A stretch of 64,000 nt of DNA, from positions 62,001 to 126,000 of the forward strand of contig JAPEUI010000018.1 of the NCBI GenBank assembly GCA_026025075.1, read 5' to 3'. The notes beneath the pieces are model-generated. The model was given only the letters and a program-made list of their open reading frames with translations, ran no database searches and had not been told where the DNA came from. This stretch comes from Vezdaea acicularis. Lineage: Eukaryota. The translations under genes were made by a program, and so were the position numbers. Positions 25,935-36,767 of the stretch are shown in pieces; positions within the stretch are counted from its first letter, which is position 1, and each line of letters begins with the position of its first letter.

Positions 25935-27746
25935 ATGGCGGAAGTTGTCGGTATCGCTGCTAGTGCAGTCACACTTGCGGCATTGTTCAGTAAATGCATC
26001 GACTGCTTCTCTTACTTTAAGGCGGCGCAAAACTGCTCCGCTGAAGCTGAAATGTTACTAGTGAAGCTTGACTGCGAGAAGGCCAGGCTGCTTGTCTGGG
26101 CGAATACTGTGGGCATCCTGCATACGGATGACCAGGGGCGATATCCACAGTTGGCCGATTCAGAACAGGAAATGCTGATTCGACGCTGTATTGATCAGAT
26201 CATTAGCCTCCTGACAGATGCCCAGACACTCCAGGCTGATTATGGGGGCTATCCAACGAATCAACAGGAAACCCAGCGTTCTGTCGCAGTGGTAAGCGTC
26301 AACAGCATGAACATATTCATGATAACAAAACGGGGATTCTTTGCTCGCGCTGGTGGACTTAATCAAGCGCCAAGCTGGTTAACTCGAATCAAATGGGCAA
26401 TTCGTGATGGAGCCAAATTTCGAATCCTTCTTGCACACCTGAAGGACTTTGTGGACGACATCATCATGCTTGTGCCAGTACCTCCAGAGGTCATCAATAA
26501 CACAGTTGAAGAGGATATCACAAGAATCATTGACATTAGTACTCTTCGACTTGCTGAGAGCGCTTGCGAGGAAAGCTATCCAAGCTGGTCGACGCGAGCA
26601 AGCGAGGTCATTAAAGAAAGCGAACTTGGAACTCTGGATCCCCGCGATCTTGAAGAGATAAGTGAGGACATGAATCAGCCTGAGATCGCCCAAAATGGAT
26701 CTGGGTTGAATGCAGGCCAAGATCTTCATTGTAAGCCAATAATTTGAAAATTGTCGACGAAGACTAATCTGCGCTAAGGGGGGTGGCCGCTCTCGCCAAA
26801 GATTTTCCTCGTTCTCACCGATAAATGTCTAGATCTTGAGGCCGATGGTCATTGCGAATCCGCTAGAATAGGTGACTCAATATCTCGAAGGACAGATATC
26901 TCGTTTGCCTGTCCACACACAGCCCGCTGGAATCTTGGCCGCCGCGTTTTGGCTAATGTCAAGATGCCATTCGAGTCGTCGGAAGAGATGAGCAAGATTG
27001 AAACCATGAGATTTGAAACTTCAAAACATACCGGTGAATTACCAGAAGTCCGCCCAGTCAGCAGGATATATATTCATTGTGGTCCATGTGCTTGCGCTAT
27101 CGAGACAGCACTGGAATTCACTCTCAATAATGATATGTCAGAGTACTTTGACCTCTCAATCCGCATTGATGAACGACTGGAAACAAGCTGTCGTCGGAGC
27201 AGCACCATAATTAACGTTCTTGCTGCATTACGCGATGTCACAGCTAGCCATGAGGTCAAACACTGGGACTACAAATCAAGATCTCTTGGTTGCATTGATT
27301 GTCCAGAGCTTGAGAAACAGATATATGACCTTGAGCAGGAACGGTCTGGACATCGCGAACCAACAACTGTCCTGCAAAGAATTTTGCATGACCATTATAA
27401 AGTTAACGAAAGCAGTCTCACAATTGGAGCAGTTGTCATCATCGGTGAAGCTAACCTTTGTCACCTCTCACTAGAAAGCCGGCCATTTCATGCTGAAGCC
27501 AGGAAGCCACAGGAAACAGATATTTACTCTATCAAATCTCTTTATACACATACTGGGTGGATATGGCGGAGGGAATATGCTGGATCTTATAGTAGAAGCA
27601 AAAACGCAATCGAGAAAAAGAGAGCCGAGTCAAGTTTAATCACACACCGGGCTTCTCCGTCAACGTTTGGCGTAACAGCTACGACGCCAACGACTCCGCG
27701 CACTAAAAGGCCCCGATCAGAATCCACTGCAGAAACAACTAGCTAG
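25935..27746 (+). CDS. HeLo (HET-s/LopB prion-inhibition) domain protein with unknown C-terminal domain; intron 26731-26778, ~587 aa
   Basis: MAEVVGIAASAVTLAALFSKCIDCF...LLVKLDCEKARLLVWANTVG and RIKWAIRD are HeLo hallmarks. The GTAAGC...CTAAT...AAG intron joins in frame to the 26949 ORF. Confidence 0.85.
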
Positions 27747-28343
27747 TAATGTAAATCTGGGATTACCAGCTCAACATCTAATGTTGTAACAAACGTACAG
27801 CGGGGGGTCGCAAATGTCGTACATTTACGAGACCGCTAGCATATGGTATAACACCCAGAAACCAAGAACTGGCTATACTTGATAAGGCATTTATTTAATT
27901 GATATATGGGGGACCTCCCTAGGTAATCTGTGAACTAGGTTTCTTACGAATGTATTCGTTGATCGCCATGCTTAGGGCATGACAAATGTGAGAGGCACAA
28001 TTTTTGCGGATATACAACACTACGACCCCCCACTGTAGTATGTGTAATCTGTCATGAGAGATCTTCATTAGATGCCCATCCCAATTAATCATAGGAGCGC
28101 TCATGGGGGATAGAATGGAATTGCTATTGCTGTTATCCTACTTAGTCTAAACTAGCCCGACAGTGCTTTCGTGAGTGAATAGTACATTCCCGCAACCGGC
28201 TTTACTTGCTCCTGTCACCTTGACGCCGTCATTCAGAACATAATGCAAAGGTCTCCAGGTCTATTCCTCTTGCCTAAGACGCCAAAAGCAAAAAGAATTA
28301 TCTCTTCCCCTTGCTGTCTCGTCTTTAACTCGCTCTTTGGTCT

Positions 28344-29989
28344 TTACAAATCATGCCTAGCCATCTTACTCCTTGCTCTAATCCTCTGCCCATAGAAGTA
28401 CAAGACGAACGGAATCGGAATGAACGCGATCGCTAAGAATCCCAGCAAGCTGCTCGCCCACGCGACCCCTAACTTTACATACATAGCGTTTGCGAACAAT
28501 GGAAATGCGGCCCCAAAAGCGGACCGAACCAGGTCGTTCCCTGCGTACACGGACGCCACGTACTTGGGATAGGCGTCCCCGAGATAACTCAGGACAGCCA
28601 TGAACAGCAGGAATGCTCCCATGGAGAAGAACGAACTCCCGATGATGGGCATGATCCAGTGGACCGAAGGACGTGCAGACCACCCAAACCAGAAGAGACA
28701 GATAGGAATGAAGAAAGCGCCGACGAAAGCGGGCTGTAGTCTGATTTCGGGGCGCAGTTCACCGTTTTCGTTGAATTGAGGCTCAACTCGCTTGTAGATA
28801 TAGTAGAAGAAGGGCATCATGACGGTAATGGCTCCAAGCAGGATACCGATGAAGGCAAGACCTTCAGAGCCTAGAGAGAAATGGTAGATTCCGACAAACA
28901 CGATGGGGAAAGACTCGAACCAGAGGTAGAGAAGGCCATAAATGAGGGCAATATACATGTTGAGGAGAAAGCAGATGGGCTCGGTGAAGCTGAGGGTAAA
29001 GGGGCGGACAAAAACCATGAGAGCAATTTCCTTCCCAGTCATGCCCTCGGCTTCGAGTTCTGGCTCGCATTTTAGTTTGTCGTTACCGGTGAGCTTGCGG
29101 ATGCGTACAGTGCGGCGGTACAGGATGTTCGCTGCGCTTGTTTCGGGGAGAAAGAAGGTTAGAAAGACCAAGCAGAAGCCTGAGAGCCACATGAGCTCCC
29201 AGATGGTCCACGTCCAGCCTTTGTTTTCCGCCGCGAAGCCACCAATAAGAGGACCCATTGCTGGTCCAAATACTGCAGCAATTCCCCACACCCCTATACC
29301 GTAGACCTGCTTTGATGGCTTATACATATCCGCTATAGTAGCTCCTCCTGTAGCGAGCACAGGGCTTCCGACAAAACCAGTAATGAATCGGAAAACTAGA
29401 AGCATTCCAAAGTTCTTGGCGTATATAACTGCGAGCTGTAGGAGAACGAATGCAAATAAGGTGCCAATATAGACAGGGTTGCGACCAATGTAAGGAATTT
29501 CTGACATCGGAGCCTAGGAAGATATGGATCAGCAAATGTTTGCCAGAAAGAAGTAAGGGCTCTTACCCAAATCATTGGACCAAGAGCATAACCCAAGACG
29601 AAGAGGGTCAAGCCTAGAAGCGCAGCAACTTCACTGACTCGAAATTGCTTCACGACATCAAGAATACCGGCGGTGTAGATTGCAGATCCAATGTAGACGG
29701 AAGTTGTTAAAAGGCAGACCTGGAATGTCACGAATATCTTCTTTGGCGTGGACCAATTCCTAGGGTTATGGGGGTCATTCTCGCTCCATTCGATCAGGCG
29801 GCCGTCTTTGCCCTTCTCCATGTCGGCATTGGGCCCCTCGGAAGCTGAATTCGACGAAGTCTCGGAACCTACAGTTCCATATTTCTGAATTGCAGAGGAA
29901 TCTAGTCCATCATCATGGGCAAGAAATTTGCCTCTAGATATGAAACGGACCAAGTGTCCGAAGACTGTGTCTCGGAAGAGGTCTTTCAT
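28344..29989 (-). CDS. MFS drug:H+ antiporter (DHA1, Caf5/Flr1-like), one intron ~29514-29567
   Basis: WSENDPHNPRNWS, GRNPVY, GSPVLATGGATIADM and LPETS motifs; about 12 hydrophobic segments. Confidence 0.92.
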
Positions 29990-30527
29990 GAAGAGAGATG
30001 TAATGATGAATTACAGTACTACGAAAGGTGAAGAAAGAAGAGAAGGCGTCGTAGAAAGTCGACTGGAAATTATGAACGACATCAAGTGAATGAAGGTAGT
30101 AATATAGTCGGCGTAAAACATGACTTAGGAGATTGACTATTGAGGCTCGCTGTACGTCATGACTTTCCGACATAGACGCGGCAGAAGTTCCCTTGTTCCG
30201 AGCGGGTGTGAAACACTGAGCACTCATGTCCTCTTGTTCAGCAAGCTAAGCCAAGACGGAAAACCTATTCCCAGACGTCCGTTTACCTATGGTGCAAGCT
30301 GCTATATTAGACGCGCATCGGGAAAATAGCTTTCGGCTCGGAGTGACGGAGTCGGCATTTGATTTCTTAGGGATCCGTGCTAACCATTTCTGGCGCACGC
30401 CTCTGTCGGCTTTTGATTGTCGGGACCGCCACTAACCACATCTGTCGCGCTACCTCTATCGGCTTTTGTTTTCACACGCAATTCCGTCTTGACGAGTTGA
30501 TTAATTTTCCTTCCATCGTCCCTTGCA

Positions 30528-32934
30528 TCACAGGAAGGCACTTTGACTAGATATGACGTCATCTTGGACTTGTATATCATCGACGAAATTCCTCCAATTC
30601 ATCCATGCCATATGATTCGTATCGTCGCTATACTGACCTTGGCTTGTTGGTCCCATTGTCGACGGCATTGCTGCCATAGCCAACCATGGGTCCCAATCGA
30701 AAGGCACAAAAGTAGAAGTTGAAGGGAGTTGCTGAACCGCATCTGTAGAAATTATGTCGCCGTCAATCGTTTCCATCGTAAAATCATTGATACTATACAT
30801 TGCATCTGCCGTGTTGGCCAGAGGACTCATTTGCCCTGACATAGCCAATGGGACCTTTGTTGCTGATAAGTCGGCTATCGCCGAGCGTGAGTCGAGATAC
30901 TTCTGTCTTACGCCTTGAGCTTTGTTCATCAGCTTCTTGATAGGACGCCATAGCATGCCCTGATTCGAGTCGGCCACGTGTTGCGCCGTTTCCTTATAGG
31001 TGGGCTCTAGGATTGCCCATGCTCTCTCAACCACTGGACCCTCAGTCTTCACGCACAGCTCAGCAGTTGTCACAGCCAATGCGTGCCACTGTACGTAGGT
31101 GTGTGACAGCCATCTCAAAGGACTTGCTGCTGGGTCCGTATTTATTTGGTGGGCCTTCTCAAGAACCTCGACCGAAAGACGAAGAATGCCTGGATCTGGC
31201 ACTGCAGAGGAAGAGACACTTTCAGGACGCCTCTGCAAAGGCCGATATACCATTAGCCACATCGTAGCGGTGATTATGTCAGCAACCATTCTCGTCGCCC
31301 ATTGGAAAGGACGAGTCACATTAAGATGACGCAAGTACCTGTCTTCGATACGGCGTTGCATGTTGATAACCGTGCTTATCCTCTGGTTCCATATCTCCTT
31401 AGATCTAGCCTGCGGTTGGCCAAGCTCTCGTGCAGGTACGTAATTGAGTTGTCTTTCCACGTCAAAAACTTCTTGGCAAATCAGGCAGAATGTCATATCA
31501 GTAAAGCTGTCTCGTTCCTTCACCTCTTCGGATGAACCAGAACGCAGATCTTCATCATTGATATGCAAGGGCAACTTGGTGTTGAAAGAGTTAGCAGTGA
31601 CCACAGGGTCTGAAGCACGATCTCCAGCTGCACGAGAATCAAGGACGCATATCTGCCACCACAAGCGGCGCCCCATTTCTCTTTCCAAGGGCTGAAGTAA
31701 ACATAATGTACTGTCATAGTGTAGCCCCATAGCTTGAGCTATTCGGACCGCCAAGCTTGTTAAAGTCCAGCTAAGGCGGGTGTTATCGTTGGCGCGGACA
31801 GAAACCTGGAATTATAGATTAGCACCGCTAGCAAAAGCCGCGATATAAACTCGAATGGAGCTAGGAACATACTAGGTATATGACGAGTGCCTGTAGTGTT
31901 GATGTTTCGACCGTGTTAACAAAGTCCGCCTTTGCCAACGATAGCTCCGTTCCTATCCGGTACCTTAAAAGCAGTACCGCCTTGTCTTCACCGATGCGTT
32001 GTCTGCATTCCCATTCTGTCAAGCTCGAGGTAGCAGCATAATATATAGCAAATTTTAATGCCTCTCTTCCCTCTACACCTGGGCTACAATCAAGCTCCAC
32101 TGCATCTTCCTGTAGATATCGGCGCAGGGACGGGCCATGTAAAATCTTGAAGACTGGATCGACATTGGCCAGATAGACGTCGCAGAAAGTGTGGACCTGA
32201 TGACGCGTCGGATAGGAAGGATTTTCCGTGGACATCGTCCGAGATATTACGAAACCTGAATGATTGGACTGCTGTCGCCTTGAACTTGGCAGATTTAATG
32301 CAGGAGTTCCCCTATCATGGCCTTCCTCTTCTTCATCAGACGTACCGCCCAGCACATCCTTGAGTCCACTGATCTCGTCGCTCAGCGCCATCCAAAACGA
32401 AGTTCCCACGTACCGATCAAGTCGTGGCATGGTGGCTTGACTTTGATCAGACTTAGCTCTAGCTCCTTGTTCGGTTTTGCCACTGCTCCAATTCAATTGG
32501 CCACGACCTTCAGAAGGGACGGCAACGTTTGCAAAGCCACCCTGCCCATCTCCACTAATAGTACTAGCAACATCACGGCTCCCCACGGTCGTCATGTCTT
32601 GCACTTTTGCAGCCCCTTCGTTCTTTTCTATCTCTTTAACCAAGTCCTCCAACTTCGAAATCCGTTCCAGTAGCTCCTCATCTGTCCTCTTCCTCTTCCT
32701 TCCACCCTGTCTACCCCGTGGCATCCGCAAAGGAACGGATGGCACGCATTCTGCTCCTACCCGTAGACAGTAGCCACAAGGATTGGATCGATCGCATTTT
32801 ACCTTCCGGCGGCGACAGAGCGTACAGCTTGCTAACGTTTCATGGTGAGAGTTCATGCTAGATAACGATCCAGCCTCAGTGTTCGACTTTGTGACGCCAG
32901 ACGGCTTAGGTGGAGGTACGGCGGTGCTATCCAT
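30528..32934 (-). CDS. Zn(II)2Cys6 transcription factor with fungal-specific TF domain, one intron ~31806-31874
   Basis: SCTLCRRRKVKCDRSNPCGYCLRVGAEC; middle homology region AVRIAQAMGLH...EREMGRRLWWQI. Confidence 0.92.
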
Positions 32935-33386
32935 TAGTGTGGTCTTCGTCGTGGTAACTGAGTCACTGTGTTGAGCAGAACGCCTCTCAATAGCGCTGTC
33001 TGCAGGTTCCAACGGGTTCCATTGCAAATCTCACGATACTGTTTGGTTCTAGATGTTGATTTCCACACTTGCTTTCCTCTCGGAACGGCGGATGACAATA
33101 CTTCTTCCAGCACATCTATACATTGCATGAAACCTCAAACATGAACAGAATAATAGGATTCAATCCAAGAGATCAGGTATTGTCGAGGGCTGTGTTCACG
33201 TACTGCACTGGACGGTACTATCCCGAAGACTTTAGAGTGGAGCTCGACAAAGACTCAACCGCTAAGCACTTTCAAATGTGGAATATTTTAATGCGTGGTT
33301 CACGCGTTGGACATCACACCCTAAGTGCACAGTCTTCATAAAGAGAGTTTGAGAGATTCAGACTTAGATGATTGGCTCGAGACCTT

Positions 33387-33682
33387 GAAGCGGTGGACAA
33401 AATTGATGGCAAATAAACGGAGGTTCCCCCATAGCTAAATGCTACTAATCGAAGGCACAAAACGGGAGTTCCCCAATGGCCAAAAGCTACACACTCGAAG
33501 GCATAGAACGGCCCTGCCAGGCCGCGGGCTTAACCCGGAGCAGTACTATTGAGCTCATACTAAGAATAATTAATCATCGATTGCCAACCATCTCGGTACT
33601 ACTAAGAGTAACGTATAACGTATACTGTAGGCAAAAATGCCCAGCGCTCGCTTATGCGCCCATCAATTTCGTGGATCACTTC
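33387..33682 (+). repeat. ~270-bp inverted-repeat-bounded element, copy B (with internal ~48-bp tandem duplication)
   Basis: GAAGCGGTGGACAAAATTGATGGC ... TTATGCGCCCATCAATTTCGTGGATCACTTC; shared interior GAGCTCATACTAAGAA. Confidence 0.85.
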
Positions 33683-34283
33683 ATCACGATCATCCTCCCG
33701 ATGAGCAGGTGCGGCTCGCCTGCGCGACCCCTGCGGCATACCTGTGAGCGCTTTCTTGGCAGCCGCCGTGGCCTCGCCGACGCCCTGCTATGGGGTCGGC
33801 GCTGGTCCTCACAGTATGGCGGAAAGGCCAGACCACAAAGAGTAATCTAGATATCTGCAAGTATAGGCTCCTATTTATGAAGGTTTGAACTGTAGATATC
33901 GATCTAGCCCTAATGTATGATGGGCAACTCCAGGTACAGGAAGCAGTTCAGCCTTGCATATACAGAGGTCTAGGCTGTAATTCGATCGATATAAGGGCCT
34001 AGACTTGGCAGAATACATGTTTTCATACTCGGTTGGCAAGGTGGTATGATTATTGGCTACGTTGACTAGTACTTTTGCTGGTAGCGCAATATTCAAAGTG
34101 TATAAATAGTGTAAGGCTCGTACGCTGTATGTATTCAGCAAGAACGAGAAGGCGAACGAATAACGTTGATTCTATCCTAGTCAAAACTTTTCGATGATGC
34201 GCATTGTTTTCAACTCTAAACCTGGATTCAACGCCTCCGTTTCCGGCGCACTGTTTCTACGAACGCTACATCAAGAACTGTCC

Positions 34284-36117
34284 TCAGCAACACTGCAAGC
34301 ACTTTAGGCTTTTCTGCTTTAGCACCAATATGCATGCAAAGGTCAGAATAGTCAGAAACATGGAGATCACGATGAAAATCCAGAATTGTGACGATACCAC
34401 TATGTGCGTCGCATTGGTAGTATTATGGGCGCCGTTGGGTTGCCATTGAATAAGACCGGAGCTGAAGATGGTCTGCTGCAAGTCAGTATCCTATGCGAGA
34501 GTGGAATTGGCTGCACATACCGCCGTCAGTGTGGCTGGAAGATAAATTGTAGCAACGGTGCTCAGGGCTTTGAGGAGCTTCGAGTCATGTTGACCTTGAC
34601 GCGCTATATCAACGGCTACAAGGCTATTCTGCTCGCTGCCAATGGCAACTTGGCGCAATAACTCGAGCGTGCAATGCATCGCGCCATTAGTCTCGGAGAG
34701 CGTCGCGTCATTGCGGAATTCGAGGATCTTGAACAGCTATTGGGGCCCGTGCGCACACGTCAAGGGACTGATCCCATCATATCCTCGTGTATCATAGAGG
34801 ACTACTCACCAATTTGCTTGTACCAAGCGATTGCTCTATGACCTCTCGAACGCTTCGCCGATAGCTCTGGATCTGGCGGATGTGGGTTGTGAGCTCCGCC
34901 ACTACCTGCTCGCCCAGCCTGGTTAGGCCAAGAGCAATGAGCGAGTGACAGTGCTCAGCATATCCCCGCGCCGTGTCTAGACACGCATCGAGTGTCCTCG
35001 ACGTTCTGAGAAGCTTCTGGCGGAGTTGCTGCAGCTGCTGGCAATCCTCAAAGGTGATCTGATAATCGGTAGGAACTTTTTTTCCGACTCGCGAGTGACA
35101 TGCCTTTTCATCCTACAAGCTGTGAGCTCCGCATGCCTATGAAGCAGAACCCGTATCACCCACTAATTTAGATAGCTGGTCATGCAAGTATTCGAGATAT
35201 AGTGCCCAATTGCTTGCCATGGCGGAAAGAAAGTCAACGTGTAGCCGTACCTGATCCACCCCGTCGCGGCGATTGCGATACATCTTATCGGCCAACGCCT
35301 GCTCAAGTCGAGTGCGCATACCGGTAGCGATCTGCAAGATAATCCAGCATGATTGGCCATTTTTCTGGTGGAACTGATGGTATACCGCAGTCTGGCGTAG
35401 TGACCATGGATCGCCTACGCCGCGCCCATTCTCTTCCATGTATCGGAGGCTATAGCAGCATTCTAATGGGTCGTTAGACGCGGACAGCGGAGAAGTAGGC
35501 TCAAATTGCACGAACCATGCATAGTATCCGCATCCTTAGATCCTTGTATGGGTAGACTCGATCGGAAGCCACTCCATGTATGTTGATCGTCATGTGTCCT
35601 GAGGCCATATGTTGGCAGCAGGTCGAGAAAGGCGATGAAGACTCTATGCGACGCTAGAAGTGTTTGTAGAGCTAGTTGCGATATGCGAAATGGGCCCCAA
35701 GTAAACTGCTGCGGGATCAAGCTAGGAGATGTCAGGTGCATAATCTTCCCAGAACAGGGTTAAGCTGACTAGAAATAGTCTCTAGCGAAGCTACGATTGA
35801 TCTGAATGCTGATATGAATTTATGCTTGTAAATTCTGACTCTACATCATACCTGTATATGCAAGTTAAGGGCGTCAATACCCTCCAAACAATGGGTTTCG
35901 ACCTCTAAACCCGGTCAGTAATGTCTCCTAAAGAATGGAGCACGAACATATATGGACCTCCATTTACCGACAGTAATCGGAATAAAACTAGGCTATTTTC
36001 ATGGCTAGAAAATAAGCGCTGGGAATCATCCATAAGGCGACGGCGATATCGTTCCACATCATCACGCGCCGGGGTCAACAAGTCGTAACCTACTGGATTG
36101 GCATCGTGTCTAGCCAT
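34284..36117 (-). CDS. Fungal CorA-like membrane protein, multi-exon
   Basis: Short exons assembled with GT-AG introns give FYLIPQQFTWGPFRISQ...FLDLLPTYG, ECCYSLRYMEENGR..DPWSLRQTAVYHQF, a coiled stalk, and two C-terminal TMs (LKALSTVATIYLPATLTA|TIFSS ... FWIFIVISMFLTILTF). Some exon borders are approximate. Confidence 0.75.
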
Positions 36118-36457
36118 TTTCAAGCCGCGATTATGCGAGCGCAGGGTACGACGCGCATCTTATAAATTGCCTGCTCCTCGTCATAACAAGGCTACGACCG
36201 AAGTAACTCTGCTGCAGCGCCTATCGCAGGAAACCATGCAACTAGAAACAGCCACGTCTCAACCACATTGCCGCTACTGCATCTACTTGTACGTGTACTG
36301 TGAGCATGCTGCCTTGACTACAGTAGCCTGGTCGCCACGCCCTAAGCCCTACGCCCGACTTAGCTCAGCCTTTCTTCATGCTTGTGACCCCGACACGACC
36401 ATAAATCCCACGATACGCCGTGTAAGATCAATCACCGCATCTCATGACATAGCACAC

Positions 36458-36750
36458 ATGGATACTCAAGCTGTGCAGTCAAGATACTGCGACAAAGCGG
36501 CACTGTCTGGGCTGCTGACGGAGCTTTTTGGTACGAACTTCTTGATAGAGGTATATCGATTCATGATTTTAACTGGTATCAAATTGAGCTAAGCAAGCAG
36601 TAGGACCAAGGGGAGTACTTTTTGCTCACCATCCCTCGCAGACTGACCAACGTACATCGTACCCCTTGCTAGGGCTAGTGGTAGAGCGTAAATGCCGCTA
36701 ACAAGGGATAGGATGAGATCTCGAGGCTCCAGGTACAACTATTCAAGTAG
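36458..36750 (+). CDS. 59-aa three-exon microprotein of unknown function (exons 36458-36550, 36604-36651, 36712-36750)
   Basis: Two ~55-60 nt phase-0 introns (GTATAT..GCTAAG..TAG; GTACAT..GCTAAC..TAG) give MDTQAVQSRYCDKAALSGLLTELFGTNFLIEDQGEYFLLTIPRRLTNDEISRLQVQLFK*. Confidence 0.7.
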
Positions 36751-36767
36751 ATGCTTCCGCCGCGTCC

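Noticed and set aside
26640..26730. N/Q/G-rich segment after the HeLo domain as a possible amyloid signalling motif
   Set aside because: Short, with no two-fold pseudo-repeat or recognisable HET-s/PP/sigma pattern, and no matching motif in neighbouring genes.
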